A DNA stretch of 64,000 nt from Eledone cirrhosa (GCA_964016885.1 OZ024751.1:35588001-35652000); one strand, 5' to 3'; positions 42,563 to 58,367 are shown, numbered from the stretch's first letter. Translations and numbers: made by a program. The notes: generated by a model from the sequence alone, not told the origin.

Positions 42563-42585
42563 ATATATATATATATATATGTGTG

Positions 42586-42635
<50 letters not shown>

Positions 42636-42643
42636 TGTGTGTA

Positions 42644-42687
<44 letters not shown>

Positions 42688-43479
42688 GTGTATATATGTA
42701 TATATATATATATATACATATATATTGTGAGAGAAAATAAATATTTCAAGTTTCCTCTTTCAATACAAACTGCTGCTTAATTACATTTTTTTTAGTTTGT
42801 CTTTTCATTCTCTCTACTCCCACCTCTCTCTTTCTCTTCCTCTCTACTTCCATCTCTCTATTCCCATCTATCTCCCTCTCTACTCCCATCTCTCTCCTGT
42901 CTCTCTCCCTCTCTCTCTATTTCCCTCTCTCTCTATTCCCATCTCTCTCCCTCCCCATCTCTCTCCCTCACTCTATTCCCACCTGTCTCTCTCTCTCCAT
43001 CAATCATGTATGTCAGTAATGTAATGTAGGTGTATATATAATTATATACATACATATATGATGTATACATAATGGCTGCGTGCATGAGTGTATATGAATT
43101 CATCTATAAACTGCTTGTAAATAAATGCATTTTGTGTATATATACCTATAAATTTATACACACATATATAATATACATCTTTAAGCATGTATGTATATAT
43201 GAGTGTGTCTTCTGCATGTATGTGGAAACAATAATTTTCATAATTGACGACTACACATGCTATATATACACACACACACATGTATGTAAATATATATACA
43301 TGTATGTATATAAGTATGAATGTATGTATGTGTGTGTATGTATATGATGATGAATATATATTTATATATGTATTTAGATACGTATATATCTATCTATATA
43401 TATATATAATAATATATATATATATATATATAATAATATATATATATATATATATAATAATATATATATATATATATAT

Positions 43480-43520
<41 letters not shown>

Positions 43521-44555
43521 AAAAAGTTTAACCCCGATGGCAGAGCTCAAGCCGTCGAAACGGCTATTTCTGAGCTCTGCCGTCGAGGTTAAACTTTTCC
43601 CTATTACCCACTCTACTACCCTAAGTATTGAGTACTCTGGTGCGTTATGGTCCATCTAGTTCCTTTCCGCACTTCCTGTGTTATATATATATATATATAT
43701 AGACACAGCAACTGTACATATTGTTACCACCACTACTACTACTGAAGACGTTTTGCTTTTGTTTTTGCCTTTACACATCCTTTTTTCGACGTAACTCTTT
43801 CAAAGAATCTCAACCTTTCCAAAAGATTCTGGTTAGAATGATTTGCTTATTATTTCATCTGGGCTATCTTTCGGTCATATATATATATATATTCATTTTT
43901 TATCTATATATATATATATTCATTTTATTATAGAAATGACTTCTACAGGACTAGAACTGTTTCAGTCGTAAGAAATCGAATGAAACAGTTCTAAACCTGT
44001 AGAAGTCATTTCTATAAAATGAGTGTGTGTGTTTGTTTTATATATGTATATGTGTGTACATATATATATATATGTATATATATATACACAGAGAAACTAG
44101 AAAGATTGTACAGGTAACTTGAAAGTCCCCTTGATTTCTTCTACCAGTTTTGTGTGTTAAGTGGATGAAGGATCTGTTTAGGGAGATTCTAAAGCAGTTT
44201 TTGTCAGGTTATTAAGGACCTGTTTTATTTACCGGTGACAGATGGTGGGATTTGAACTCAAATGTACAGAAATGAAACAGATATACCACAAAGAATTTTC
44301 TCCAACTCACTTTGTTGGAGGAGATGCCTTATGAAATATATGTGTGTGTGTGTATATATGTGTGTATATATATATATATATAGCATCGTTATCATTGTTT
44401 AACGTCCATTTTCCACACTTGCATGGTTTAGATGGGTTTCCAAGTTATGAGACAAGTCAGATCTGGAGACCATATTTTGGCCTGGCTTTTATGGCTGGAT
44501 GCCCTTCCTAATGCCAACCACGTATGTACATATATATATATATGTATATATAATT

Positions 44556-44775
44556 AGTTCCATGACAAATTAGCCAACCATACTCAAGGACATGTGTTTC
44601 ACCTAGTGGATTTTCAACCCGAGAGAGATTGTGCTCAGGGTTGAAAATCCGCTAGGTGAAGCATGCGTCCTCGAGTATGGTTTGCTAATTTGTGGAACTA
44701 ACTCGCTACCGAACTCGTTCTCTGGACTGAGAGCTCTACTTACTACGGATATAACCTCCCGGTTTTTTTACCACT
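44556..44775 (+). mobile_element. Family P7 fold-back element in (TA)n
   Basis: ~65-bp inverted arms (44556-44620 / 44638-44700). GAA(A/G)CATGCGTC resembles a hammerhead 3' half, but no CUGANGA was seen. Confidence 0.45.
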
Positions 44776-47700
44776 ATATATAAATATATATATATATATA
44801 TAGAGAGAGAGAAATGGCTTCTAAGAAAAGCCCTGATGATTTCCTTCGAAGAAACAGTTCTAGTCCTGTAGAGCCATTTCTATATTAAAAATTTATACTC
44901 TATGTATTGAGTACCTTAGTTACTGTGGTTACCCCGGTTAAACCCGGGATACACATATCTATATATACATACATACATAGTAGGGCATGTGTGTATATAT
45001 ATATATGTGTGTTTTTAAATATATTCACAGGAAAAGTAAAAACGTATTTGTATCAATAATAACTTGATATATTATTTTAAATGATTTACTCTTCTCAGTT
45101 GCATTGTGTGTGTTTTATATTTTCAACATTGATCCTGTAAGTTTTATAAATAATTTAATGTTATTGAAAGAACTAGATAGCTCCAAGTGGTTGCTTGGAA
45201 ATCTGTCCTTGCCAACATGTCAGCACTTGTTACATATATCTGATGTAGCCTTTATTAAGAGGAACATTTGAAGTTGTAAATCTCTTCTAAGACACCCCTT
45301 TATCATATTCTTATATTACACATGTCTCTCTGTATGTGTGTGTATATATATAATCATATTATATATATTTATATATATATATATATAATCATATTATATA
45401 TATATATTTATATACACACACTGGAGCAATGCCAGACAATTTTCGGACTTAGACAAGGACAACTACTTGCAGCGCTGTCCCTCTCCCCCTCACACACACG
45501 TGTAGATATACACACACATTCTTGCCTACTTTGATTCCTCGGTGATTGGTACCCTAGGTGATTACTTAGATTATTTAATGGTAGCACCAGCCCTGCATAT
45601 ATATATATAGTAATAATATATTTAAAAAAACAAAATCCAGAGGGTACTCGATAAGGGTTGTATATATATATATATATATAAAGTATATATAAACCCGTAG
45701 AGCAAATATTTATTTTTATCACCTTGAGGAGGGTCATGAAACTCAGGGTGAAAGCAGAAATTATTTGCTTAAACTTTTAATGTGCTAATAAAAAATATAT
45801 ATATAAATATGTGTGTATGTGTGGAAAATGGATGTTAAACGATGATTATAGGTGTTTATACATATGAAGTGTTATGTGAAAACCAGTGCCCAGTGTAGGA
45901 GTGAACCATAAACAAGAATTGTACAGTGTCTCCTTAGATATAGAAGTGTGTGGCTGTTGAGATCTAAAAAGGTTGAAACTCAACTCTGTGTAGTTTTTCT
46001 TCCTTCTGCTGCTTGACACTTCTTGTTGATATCTAACTCAGCTTAGATGACATAATGTTGTGAAATATATACCTGGGTATGTGGAAGTGGCTTTATGTAT
46101 ATAACTATGTGTATATATATATATCATTCTACATTCCATACACACACATATATATATATACACTACACACACACATATATAATATATACCATTCCACCTG
46201 TTTGACCTCTAAACTTTCACCTCTGACCTCTTATGTTGTAATTCTAAAATATATTAAAACAAATTCCTTGGTTATTTCATTTTATTTCTTTTTTCTTTAT
46301 TTTTGTTTTGTTTTCTTTTTTTTTTTTAGTATTTTAATTTTCTCAAAATAATGGTCTGTCTGTCTGTCTGTCTGTCTCATAAGACATGGCAGCAGTCTGA
46401 TATCTGAAGCCACTAAAATAATGGTTTCTGATTTAGACACAAGACCAACTGTTTTGGGGAGGGGAATGTTACTGGTACTTTATTTTATCAACCCTGTAAG
46501 GATGAAAAGCAAAGTTAACCTTGGCAGGATTTGAACTCAGAATGTAAAGGGCTGTAAGTATATCCCACAAAGCATGTTGTCTGACGCTCTACCGATTTTG
46601 CCAATCCACCACCATTGAAGCCACAAAAAGTAATGAAAGACAATATGTATGGTCAGCATGAGTGGCGTAGAGAGAAGAGATTGGTATGCATGGGTGACTG
46701 CTGATCTTCCATAAGAACACCTTGTCTGGGCTTGTGCCTCAGAGGGGGTCTTTCCAGGTGTAAATCCCTTGGTCATTCGGGACTGAAGGGAGTCTTTATG
46801 CTGCTTTAGAATTCAATGATCTTCAAATCCAGGTAAACCCTGTTTCGGAAAATGCTGTAAGAAATGTTGTGATCCAAAGATTGAGCAAAGTGTGGTATAT
46901 ATTGTAGCAATAATCCTGTCATAAAGAACTGCTTGTAAATTTATAGAAATATTTTAAAGATGCCTGTGATTAAAAGAACCAAAAACTATTGCTCAGCCCC
47001 AGGAAGGCAATAAAGCCACTAAAATGCAAGAGGTTACTGAATAGAATCCTGTATATTGTCATAGGAAGGTAGGCTGACTATGAAAGGGGGTGATGCTAGT
47101 GCTGTGAAATCTTGCATGCATTAATTTCAACTCTTCTTTTTAATAATTGCGTTGTTTCTATACAGGAACTTGTTGAAAAATAAACCTCATTTGGTCATTC
47201 CATGAGAGTATCTTGGTCAGCTCATGAACTTTATAGCCAACCTTCATATGCCAGCACAAATCATTGAGAGGGCTTTTCAGCTGCATCACAGGTATGACAA
47301 CCTTCCTAGTGCTGGTGCCATGATAAAATGTACTCAGAAAAAAATAGGAATGCATGTAGATGAGTTTGAGTAATAAGCCAGTCTGTTAAGACATGTTCAG
47401 TGAGAGAGTACTGAATTATATTTCCAGGTGAGTGTTGTACAGCACTAATGCTGTTTGTGTATATATATTTATATATATATATATATATATACACATACAC
47501 ACAAATACATTCAGCCAGTTATCAGTAACTTTCCAAGCCAAGTAGTTTTTATATCCGAACTGGACAAACTACAATCCATTAGTAAAAATAACAACAACTG
47601 TTTCATAGTTTCCTAATAGTAACTCTACTAATTTAACTACTAAACTAACTCTACTAATTGTACTATTAATAAGGTAAAAAAGAACAAAAAAAAACTGAAA

Positions 47701-48104
47701 AAAAAATCTACCTATGCACCCACACCTACACCTTCCCTCTTTGTGCAACAACAGGTTAAGTGTGCAACAGATTAGCAATAGTGTGACCTGTTAGCTGTGC
47801 GACAAGTTAACAATGCAACAGCCTTCCAATAGGTTAGACGTACGACCTGTTAGCTGTGCGACATAACATTGCAGTAGAAAGGAATGTTTAGATTCAATTG
47901 GACAGTTTACTGCATTGCTACAAGAAATGATTTTCTGTTTGTGTTTAGCTAATATCTTTTTCTCTCTAAACTCACGACAAACTATTGCCAATGCTTGGCT
48001 TGGATTCAATCAATTTATATTTTATATATTTTTCACTATATTATCATCTGATAAAACTTGCTTGTTTATTATTTTATCATACAATAGCCTATATATATAA
48101 TATA

Positions 48105-48150
<46 letters not shown>

Positions 48151-48667
48151 ATATAAATATATATATATTATATTATATTATATATATGTGTATATAAATA
48201 TATATATATTATATTCTATATATATATGTGTATATAAATATATATATATATATACACACACACTTATATATATATACACACACACTTATATATATATGCA
48301 TACATATATACTTTGTATTTGAAACAGTGCAAGCTAGTCTTAGTAGTCTTAACTAGTAACTCTCCATCTTTCTCTCTCTCTCTCTCTCTACACACACACA
48401 TATACAGTATATATATATATATGAGAGGAACAATGGCAACATCCTTGACATTTGTAGGGTCTCTAGGTCTGGTGTGTGGGAAATAATGGGACAATACCAT
48501 AACATTATATGTGTATAGGTATATATATATAGATGTACACCCTTTTATATACTAATACACTTCCAGAACAATGATACATTCAACATACATATTGACACAT
48601 AAATAGGATTTCCTTCCTTGTGAAACAATTTGACTAAATACTACACACAACATATATATATATGTGT

Positions 48668-48790
48668 GTGTAACTATATATATATATATAATGTGTAACT
48701 ATATATATATATATATATAATGTGTAACTATATATATATATATATATATATATAATGTGTAACTATATATATATATATATATATAATGTG

Positions 48791-48822
<32 letters not shown>

Positions 48823-48827
48823 ATGTG

Positions 48828-48859
<32 letters not shown>

Positions 48860-49215
48860 ATGTGTAACTATATATATATATATATATATATAATGTGTAA
48901 CTATATATATATATATATATAATGTGTAACTATATATATATATATATAATGTGTAACTATATATATATATATATAATGTGTAACTATATATATATATAAT
49001 GTGTAACTATATATATATATATATATATATATAATGTGTAACTATATATATATATATATAATGTGTAACTATATATATAATGTGTAACTATATATATATA
49101 TATATATATATAATGTGTAACTATATATATAATGTGTAACTATATATATATATATATATATAATGTGTAACTATATATATATATATGTGTAACTATATAT
49201 ATATATATATATATG
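48668..49215. repeat. ATGTGTAAC-(TA)n composite minisatellite
   Basis: About 22 fixed ATGTGTAAC spacers separated by variable (TA)n. Confidence 0.92.
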
Positions 49216-49224
49216 TGTGTGTAA

Positions 49225-49255
<31 letters not shown>

Positions 49256-49754
49256 CATTCACACATATATATATATATATATATATACATACATTCACAC
49301 ATATATACATACAATTTCCATCTGAAATTCAATTATTCAACACACACACACACCAGCCATAAATCTACATCAATATCTATTCTTTCTCTCTTCTTCCCCT
49401 TCTGATCTCTCACCCCCCCCCCTCTCTACACCCACACACGACCCCTCACAAGAGGTTAGCTATCCTAATATCCCACCTCCACATATATCAGTTAATGATA
49501 TTTACATTACATAATAGAAATGGCAACGATGGGGTGGAGGTGGAGTAGTGACACATATTAAGGTGGTGGCAGGTTAAGGTAAAGGGTTGTTGGTAGTGAT
49601 GGTCGTGGGTGGATGTACCGACCATTGGATATTGATTCCATCCAGTATTTCCACTGATATTTTCATGGAACATTCACCTCAGTGGAATTCAAACTTAGAA
49701 CCTAAACCTAATTTCCTCTTCCACTCTCACCATAGTACATCTCAATAATAATAA

Positions 49755-50350
49755 TTGTTTCTACTTTAGGCACAAGGCCAGCAATTACCCAGTGTATTAC
49801 TGGTACTTTATTTTATCGACCCCGTAAGGATTAAAGGCAAAGTTAACCTCGGCGGTATTTGAACTCAGAATGGCAAGGGCCGTAACTCTATGCGTCAAAG
49901 CATGGCGTCCGACCCTCTACCGATTCTGCCAATCCACCGCCCATCTCAATAATAATAATAATAATTGTTTCTACTTTTGGCACAAGGCCAGCAATTATCT
50001 CAGTGTATTACTGGTACTTTATTTTATCGATCCCTCTAAGGATTAAAGCAAAGTTAACCTTGGCAGGATTTGAACTCAGACCGTAAAGGGCCGTAACTCC
50101 ATGCTGGAAAGCATGGCGTCCGACCTTCTACCAATACTTCCAATCCACCACCCTTAATAATAATAATAGTAATAGTAATAATAACAATAACAATAATTGT
50201 TTCTACTTTAGGCACAAGGCCAGCAATTACCCAGTGCATTACTGGTACTTTATTTTATCGACCCCGTAAGGATGAAAGACAAAGCTTAACCACAGTGGGA
50301 TTTGAACTCAGAATGCAAAGGGATGTAACACTATGCCACAAAGCATGTTG
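49755..50350 (-). mobile_element. Three tandem copies of a tRNA-derived SINE with Meta-like core
   Basis: Repeated TACTGGTACTTTATTTTATCGAC...GATGAAAGGCAAAGTTAACC...TTTGAACTC. Confidence 0.8.
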
Positions 50351-51269
50351 TAGGTGTTTGACTGTGATATTTAAAATAATATAAAGTATCATTACAGCCG
50401 TGCTCCAGTCTGGCCAAAGCTGGGACATGAGAGAGGGAAGCTGGAAGGCTGATGTCATTAAGTTCTGTTAAATATCATCAAAACTGTGGTAGACGATGAC
50501 CTGACATTAAACAGAGCCTGGACAGCTTTTAGAGGAGGAGGAGGAGGTTAAATACAGGAAAGATCACATATACACACATATAGACATATGTATCATTTCA
50601 TTTCATTTTACGTCCGCTATGTATATATATATATATACACAGATAGACATATGTATATATACATACACACAGACATGTATATATATATATATAGACATGT
50701 ATATATATATATATATACACATATGTATATATATATACACATGTATATATATATATATATACACATGTATATATATATACATACACATGTATATATATAT
50801 ACATACACATGTATATATATATACATACACATGTATATATATATATATATATACACATATAGACATGTATATATATACATATACACATATGTATATATAT
50901 ATATATAGACATATATATATATATACACACACATATAGACATGTATATATACATACATACATACATATAGAGATGTATATATACACACACATATAGACAT
51001 GTATATATACATACATACATACATATAGAGATGTATATATACATACACACATATAGACATATGTATATACACATACACACATAGACATATGTATATATAC
51101 ACACCATAGACATGTATATATACATAAACACACAGGCATATGAATACATACATAATATCACACACAGACTCATACTGACACACACACACATACATGTACA
51201 ATCAGACACAGACATACACACAAACACATATACAGACGTACACACTCCAACACAAACTCACATGGGATG

Positions 51270-52650
51270 TTGCAGTGTGAGAGAGTGATGTGATGGACTT
51301 AAGGAGTTTGATAGCAATACCAGGAATATGATGACACTACAAGGGGCTCTACACCCCTAAAATGACGTGAACAGGTTGTATCTAACACTACAGAGAGGAG
51401 GAAGGTGTCTCGTTAGCTGAGAAATGTATGGGAAGTTGGAGGTAAATAATCTGGTATGGTGTGTAAGGAATTGAAAGGAGAGATTGATGACAGGTTAAGA
51501 GAGATAAAAGTCCTAAACAGTGATGAAGCAAAGGAAAAGGGAGAATTTAAACAAGACAGAATGACACATTGAATAGATGGAAGGGAAAAAAAATGTATGG
51601 TCAATTCTTACCTGAAATACCTGAGACAGTTGACAAAGGTTGGAACTGGAAATGGACTAGGAAAAGTGACTTAAAAGTTGAAACTGAGGCCCGTAGTTTT
51701 GCAGCCCAGGAAGAGGCATTGAGAATGAACTATATCAAGTTCAATATTGACACGTCAGTGAATTCTACACTTTGTAGGGTGTGAAAGGTGAAACAATAAA
51801 GCACATTATTAGTAAGATGCTTGCTTAGAAAGAGTAGAAGAGAAGGCACGGCAACATTGCCAGATTGGTTCATTAGAAGCTCTGTCATGTGACATGAGCA
51901 GAAGTTAGAAATGGTATGAGCACCAAACAGAAGGAGTAGCTGAAAATAAAGTATAAGATCTTGTGGGACATAACCATCCACTGCGACCATTTTATCGTGG
52001 CTAGAAAGCCTGACATTGTTGTTGGAGACAAGAATAACAAGGCAAGTATTGTGGATATTGCTTCACCGTGGGACCACAGGAAAATGAGAAAGTTGAGAAA
52101 TACCAGGAGCTGAAGAGAGAAATCAGGAAACTATGGAGAATCAGACATGTAGAAGTGGTACCAGTTGTGGTTGGTACACTAGGAGTAATTAGTAGGTTAG
52201 ACATGTAGAAGTGGTACCAGTTGTGGTTGGTACACTAGGAGTAATTAGTAGGTTAGACATGTAGAAGTGGTACCAGTTGTGGTTGGTGTACTGGGAGATA
52301 TTAGTAGGTTAGACATGTAGAAGTGGTACCAGTTGTGGTTGGTGTACTGGGAGATATTAGTAGGTTAGACATGTAGAAGTGGTACCAATTGTGGTTGGTG
52401 TAATGGGAGATATTGGTAAAAGGTTGGATGCAGGGAGTGAGAAGCTAGGAATTACCGTCAGGACAGGATTGTTGCAGAAAACAGCCTTGCTGGGAACAGC
52501 AAGAATTCTAAGAAGGATGTTGGAAAGGAGAAGGAGAAGGAATGATGCAAAAGACCTTTGGCCATTGGCTATGGCTCTTTTGGTGTAGTGTCAGTATTAC
52601 ATCTGCCAGAACAAAACTATTACAAATAATAATAATAACAATGATAATAA
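51270..52650 (+). mobile_element. Decayed RLE non-LTR retrotransposon (R4/Dong-like) with internal 57-bp tandem array (52141-52420)
   Basis: Fragmented translation ALHP..DV.RLYL...RGG, WTRKSDLKVETEA..FAAQE, CRV.., RKPDIVV...DIA, EKVEKYQELKREI..LW, VVPVVVG.LG, LQKTALLGTARILR. (TAA)n tail. Confidence 0.8.
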
Positions 52651-53039
52651 ACAACACTACTAAAACAATAAAAATACACTGGAGGTAAAAAAGTAAATTA
52701 AAAAAAATGGATGGATGAATACATAACATTAAACTTATACAAACTTCTATAGGGCACATTATCATTGTTTAATGGCTGCTTTCCCTCCTAGCAAGGGTTG
52801 GACGGGTCACCATAGACCAAGTCAGTAGTGAATTGGGGGTTACTGACCTCCCAGACAGGCTAGGGGTGATCAGCATCTTGCTTATGTATGGTCATACATT
52901 CTATGAAGTGTACAGAAGTTGTCATGTCTTTTGATACTGAATAAATGCAAGAACATCTTGGAATGATACCATACTAGTATTTTATCTGTGATAGGCTTGT
53001 GTTCTAATCATTATCATTATCCTAGTTACATCCATGGGT

Positions 53040-53290
53040 TGGATGGATCTTTTCCAGAACAGCCTCTTTCTACATTTTCTGTTCCTGTTATCTTTTCTGC
53101 GATGTTCATTATTTTGAGATAAACTCTCATCACCTCTGCTCAGCTTCTTCTTGATTTTCTTCTATTGTAGCTTCTTACCACTGGGAGTTCCTAGCACTTC
53201 TTCATTCAATGATCATCATCTATAAATATCACATGTCTATACCAGTGCAGTCTTCTCTCTTGCACACTACATTTGATTTTTCTTATTCCC
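53040..53290 (-). mobile_element. RTE LINE 3' fragment
   Basis: Minus-strand GIRKIKCSVQERRLHWYRHV is homologous to 9800-9850. Confidence 0.7.
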
Positions 53291-53420
53291 ATGAAGTTCT
53301 GTTTCAAATTCTCGGCACTAGTCATTAAAACAAATTGTATGATATAATGAAAGCACAAGACAATATATTTTATAAAAAAAAACAAAACATTTTAACCCTG
53401 TTGATACCAAACCACCTTAA

Positions 53421-53707
53421 CCCTTTAGCATTTAACCCGGCCAGAATTCTCTAACGTCTTTCTGTTTAAACCGGCCAAAACTGGCTGCTATTAGTGATGT
53501 TAAGGTATTCACAAAATAAATAATATCAGAATCTCATAGATTCGATATTATGTGAGATAAAGCCTTTACTGTGAAAATATAATAGTAAATATAGAGTAAT
53601 GTGAAGCCTTTACCATGAAAATATAATAGTATATATATATATATAGTAATGTAAAGCCTTTACCATGAAAATATAATAGTATATATAGTAATGTAAATGC
53701 TAAAGGG
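53421..53707. mobile_element. piggyBac-type MITE
   Basis: TTAA-CCCTTTAGCATTTA...TAAATGCTAAAGGG-TTAA: 14-bp TIR and TTAA target-site duplication. Confidence 0.8.
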
Positions 53708-54806
53708 TTAAACTGGTCTGGGTTTATGATACAAAACTGCTCATTTTAAAATGTTCACCCTTATAATATATCTCAGCATTGTTCTATATGTAGGCCTATG
53801 TTGATGTACTTCTAATTTCCATTAAGTTTTATTTTTTTTGCAAGCAGTTGCTTAGGGCTTCACACGATTCCTAACCCAGAGCCCTACCCTTAGTTACTTT
53901 AACCCAGCCACGGTAGCAACAAGCAACAGTTTATATATTACTAATATACTAATATATATTACTATTTCAATCTCTTATAACATTATACAACAGCTTGTGA
54001 ACTTCCATCAGCGTGTTATATACTCTATGACACCTGGTTTTAACACCCATTTTAACACACCTTACAGCTACTTGGTCATGTGCCTTTACGCAGTTTTAAT
54101 CTCACTCTCTCCTCGTCCCTTAATCTCTCTCTCTATAGACCTACCTGTTTATCTATCACTCCCTCTATCAACCCTTCTATTTATCAATCTCTCTACCCAC
54201 CCACCTATCTCTCTACCTACCCACCCACCCACCCATCTATTTGAATCTTTATAGAACTGCTTCTGATTTTAAAAAGTTGTTTGATTTTCTTTGTTTAAAA
54301 AAAAAATTGTAAAAAAAAGAAAAAGAAAAAAAAAGACATATCACTTCATTGCAAATCAAAAAGTAAGTAAAAAACCCAACAAGTGTAAACAAAACCCTAA
54401 AACTAAACCTAACAAATATGTTACGCCATTTTGTATATATTATTGTTGAACAAAATACTGACAAAAATGACAAAAATATTTTTTAAATAAGCTGATTAAA
54501 GGTTTTGCTTTCTTCTGTAAATGAGTGAAATAATGGACCTATCACTCCATGCAACGAATATGTATATATATATATACATGTGTGTGTATATATATATATA
54601 TATATACATGTGTGTGTGTGTATGTATGTATATGTGTGCGCGTGTGAATGTATACAGGTGTGCGAGCATTCATGCATGTATGTGTATATCTATGTATGAA
54701 TGCACTGATAGTTCTATAGACATATGAATGGGTGAATATTTATGCATATATAAAGATATGTGCGCATGTATGTATATATAATATACATATACACATACAC
54801 ATATAT

Positions 54807-54850
<44 letters not shown>

Positions 54851-55233
54851 TATATAAGATATGAGAGGTAAAGGAGTAAGACTGTCTCTGGTCACACTAC
54901 CCTCAATAATATAATCAGCTTAACTTAATATAGACACTTCCTGTTATTGTTTTCAATTGATCTCTTCATCAATTATTGAATAAAATGTTAAGAAAATACA
55001 TTGATTGATTTGAATCAAATTGTTATATTGATTAATATTGGTGTTATTTATCTCTATTGATACCAAATCATCTGAAAACACTGCCCTTGGTTCTGTGTTA
55101 CAAAGCTGTTTATTTTGTTTATATTTAACTCAGGGCAGAAAGAGAAACATGAAATAAAGTGTCTTGCTCAAGGACATGATGAACCGCCTGGTCTGGGAAT
55201 CAAACTTGCAACTACAATTCTCTAAACACTATA

Positions 55234-55800
55234 AGAAGACAAAGGAAAGAGACAAGTGGAAGGAAGTTGAGGAAGACCAAGGAAAGAGACAAGTGGAAGG
55301 AAGTTGAGGAAGACCAAGGAAAGAGACAAGTGGAAGGAAGTTGAGGAAGACCAAGGAAAGAGACAAGTGGAAGGAAGTTGAGGAAGACCAAGGAAAGAGA
55401 CAAGTGGAAGGAAGTTGAGGAAGACAAAGGAAAGAGACAAGTGGAAGGAAGTTGAGGAAGACCAAGGAAAGAGACAAGTGGAAGGAAGTTGAGGAAGACC
55501 AAGGAAAGAGACAAGTGGAAGGAAGTTGAGGAAGACAAAGGAAAGAGACAAGTGGAAGGAAGTTGAGGAAGACCAAGGAAAGAGACAAGTGGAAGGAAGT
55601 TGAAGAAGACCAAGGAAAGAGACAAGTGGAAGGAAGTTGAGGAAGACCAAGACAGAGGTAGTGAAAGCTGATCTCAAGAAAGTGAACCTCACTGAGATGA
55701 CAAAGGAAAGGAGAGAGAGATGATGTATGGGGGAAGACTCCTCTAACTTATTCAAACCTGGAAAAACTGCCACAGAAATGATGATGATGATGATGATGTT
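55234..55800 (+). repeat. 37-bp minisatellite (about 11 copies, to ~55652) amplified from an RTE 3' end
   Basis: The unit encodes VEGS*GRPRK-like text and is followed by an EVVKADL RTE tail and (GAT)n. Confidence 0.8.
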
Positions 55801-57126
55801 GGAATAATGCAGAGATTTAGCTATCAATACACACATATCTATATAGAGCGAGAGAGATAAATGATAGCGTGTTCTTATGGTTAAAATACTAGAAGTAAAG
55901 TGGATGATAAAATGGAGGTTTGTCTGCTGGTACAATGCCATTGGGTGAAAGTATGACGTCAATTTACAGGATTAAATATAGACTAGTTTAGACATCTGCA
56001 TTATTGATTGGGGGTTATTGATGAGGGAAGAAGAGAGAGAAGTCATAAGAAGAGAAGAGAAAATAATTTTTTTTTTTTATTACATGTTCATAATGTGGTT
56101 AGTTTTTCAAGTTGCTTTCTCCCAACTTAGGTTCATTATTGTTGTTATTAGCATCGTACAAAATGCTTTGCATCATATAGTTACGGCCCGAGTTCAAATC
56201 CTGCAGAGGTTAACTTTGCCTTACATCCCCACGGGGGGTCGTTAAAATAAAGTACCAGTAATGCACTGGGGTTGATTTAATCAACTTTCCCCTCTCCCAA
56301 ATTGTTAGCCTTGTGCCTATACTAGAAATCATCATCATTATTATTATTTTCTGCGTTGATAAATATCATTTCAACTATATTAACTTATATAAACACACAC
56401 ATACATACATTGGGAGGTACACTTGTAGCTGAAGCATATGATTAAGTTACACACTGTATATATATACAGGGTGTGTAACCAAGGGAAATTTGTATTCTTC
56501 TGGCACGTTTGCATGCCTACATATTAAATGTGTATATTTATATACACATGGATGCAGTCTCAGTTACACACTCTGTATTTATACAGATATAACTATAAAT
56601 ATATGTGTCTGTGCATGTGTTTATGGCCTTCAACTTAGTGGTCTGACAAAAGAGATTGATAAAATTAATACTGCGGTTGATATGATTAACTAAATCCTTT
56701 CAAAGCAGTGCTCCAGTATGGCAAGAGTCCAATGATTGAAACCAATAAAAGAGCATAAAAAGAAATATGAACGAAAGACAAAAGCAAAAAAAAAAAAACT
56801 CACCTTTTACAATGACAGACACAGGAACTTACATTCCATCACAATATTAAAGCTAGATCAATAATAGATTATTGATTTCAGACAATATTGATTGGAACCA
56901 AACAACCAAAGATAAAAAAATTGAAAACATAGATTATTAAAAAACTATTTCTTTTATTTTCAAATGAAAAGAATTCTTACAGATAGAAATTTATAATTTG
57001 TCAAACAAAACAATAGAAAAATATAAAGAATATATGTGTGTGTGTGCGTGTATATATATATATATATATATATAAGTTTATTTAAGGTCTCCTTCAGTCA
57101 AAGCTGACCATAGGTAGTATCTTGTT

Positions 57127-57582
57127 GTCAGCTCAGCTGGAGCAGTCTATGGTGGCTAAACAGACCTATACCTGAGTGACAGTGTCAGCTCAGCTGGAGC
57201 AGTCTATGGTGGCTAAACAGACCTATACCTGAGTGACAGTGTCAGCTCAGCTGGAGCAGTCTATGGTGGCTAAACAGACCTATATGTGAGTGACAGTGTC
57301 AGCTCAGCTGGAGCAGTCTATGGTGGCTAAACAGACCTATACCTGAGTGACAGTGTCAGCTCAGCTGGAGCAGTCTATGGTGGCTAAACAGACCTATACC
57401 TGAGTGACAGTGTCAGCTCAGCTGGAGCAGTCTATGGTGGCTAAACAGACCTATACCTGAGTGACAGTGTCAGCTCAGCTGGAGCAGTCTATGGTGGCTA
57501 AACAGACCTATACCTGAGTGACAGTGTCAGCTCAGCTGGAGCAGTCTATGGTGGCTAAACAGACCTATACGTGAGTGACAGT
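57127..57582. repeat. 57-bp minisatellite, 8 near-identical copies
   Basis: GTCAGCTCAGCTGGAGCAGTCTATGGTGGCTAAACAGACCTATACCTGAGTGACAGT repeated. Confidence 0.95.
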
Positions 57583-57788
57583 CTGTCACATTGAACACAT
57601 CTGTATATGGTCTCTGGTGTGTTGGATTTATTGCACTCCCTATCACCGGGCTCTTCTGTCCACTGATTTAAGGGGCTGATTCAGGGTGTTTCTCCATCTT
57701 GGTCGGTCAGCTGTGAGGCCCTCCCAGGACTGTGTTTATCTCAATGGCCTTCACAATGTTATATATATCTATCTATATATATATATAT

Positions 57789-57819
<31 letters not shown>

Positions 57820-58367
57820 TCTATATATATATATATATATCTATATATATATATATCTATATATATATATATCTATATATATATATATATATATCTATAT
57901 ATATATATATATATATATAGATACACACACCAAATATACAAAGAAATATCAATATGAAAAAACAAAACAAAACACCTGTCATAACAGAATGGTGCAGTAT
58001 TTGCTGCAATACATCTTTGGAATATGAAATGTCTTTTCACAATTCTTAAAGGTGTCAAATAATGGTTTCTGATCCAGGCACAAAGCCAACAATTTTCGGG
58101 GAGGGAGGAAGTCGATTAAATCTACCCCAGTACATTACTGGTACTTTATTTTATCGCCCATGTAAGGATGAAAGGCTAATAAGTTAACCATGGCAGAATT
58201 TGTACCCAGAACGTAAAGGGCCGTAACTCTATGCCACAAAGCATGTCGTCTGACGCTCTACCGATCCTACTGCCAGTAATAACAATGCAAAAAAAAAAAA
58301 AACTTTTAATAATTGCTCAGATTCTAAGGAACACTTTAGAATCTTTGAGCTTATATAGTTGAAATGT

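Noticed and set aside
44556-44700. G.U-biased arm mismatches as a fossil of A-to-I editing
   Set aside because: Too few sites, A.C mismatches also occur, and several sites are explained by CpG decay.
57127-57582. CRISPR-like regular arrays (also 27040-27652 and 48668-49215)
   Set aside because: No unique spacers, no cas genes, and a eukaryotic context.
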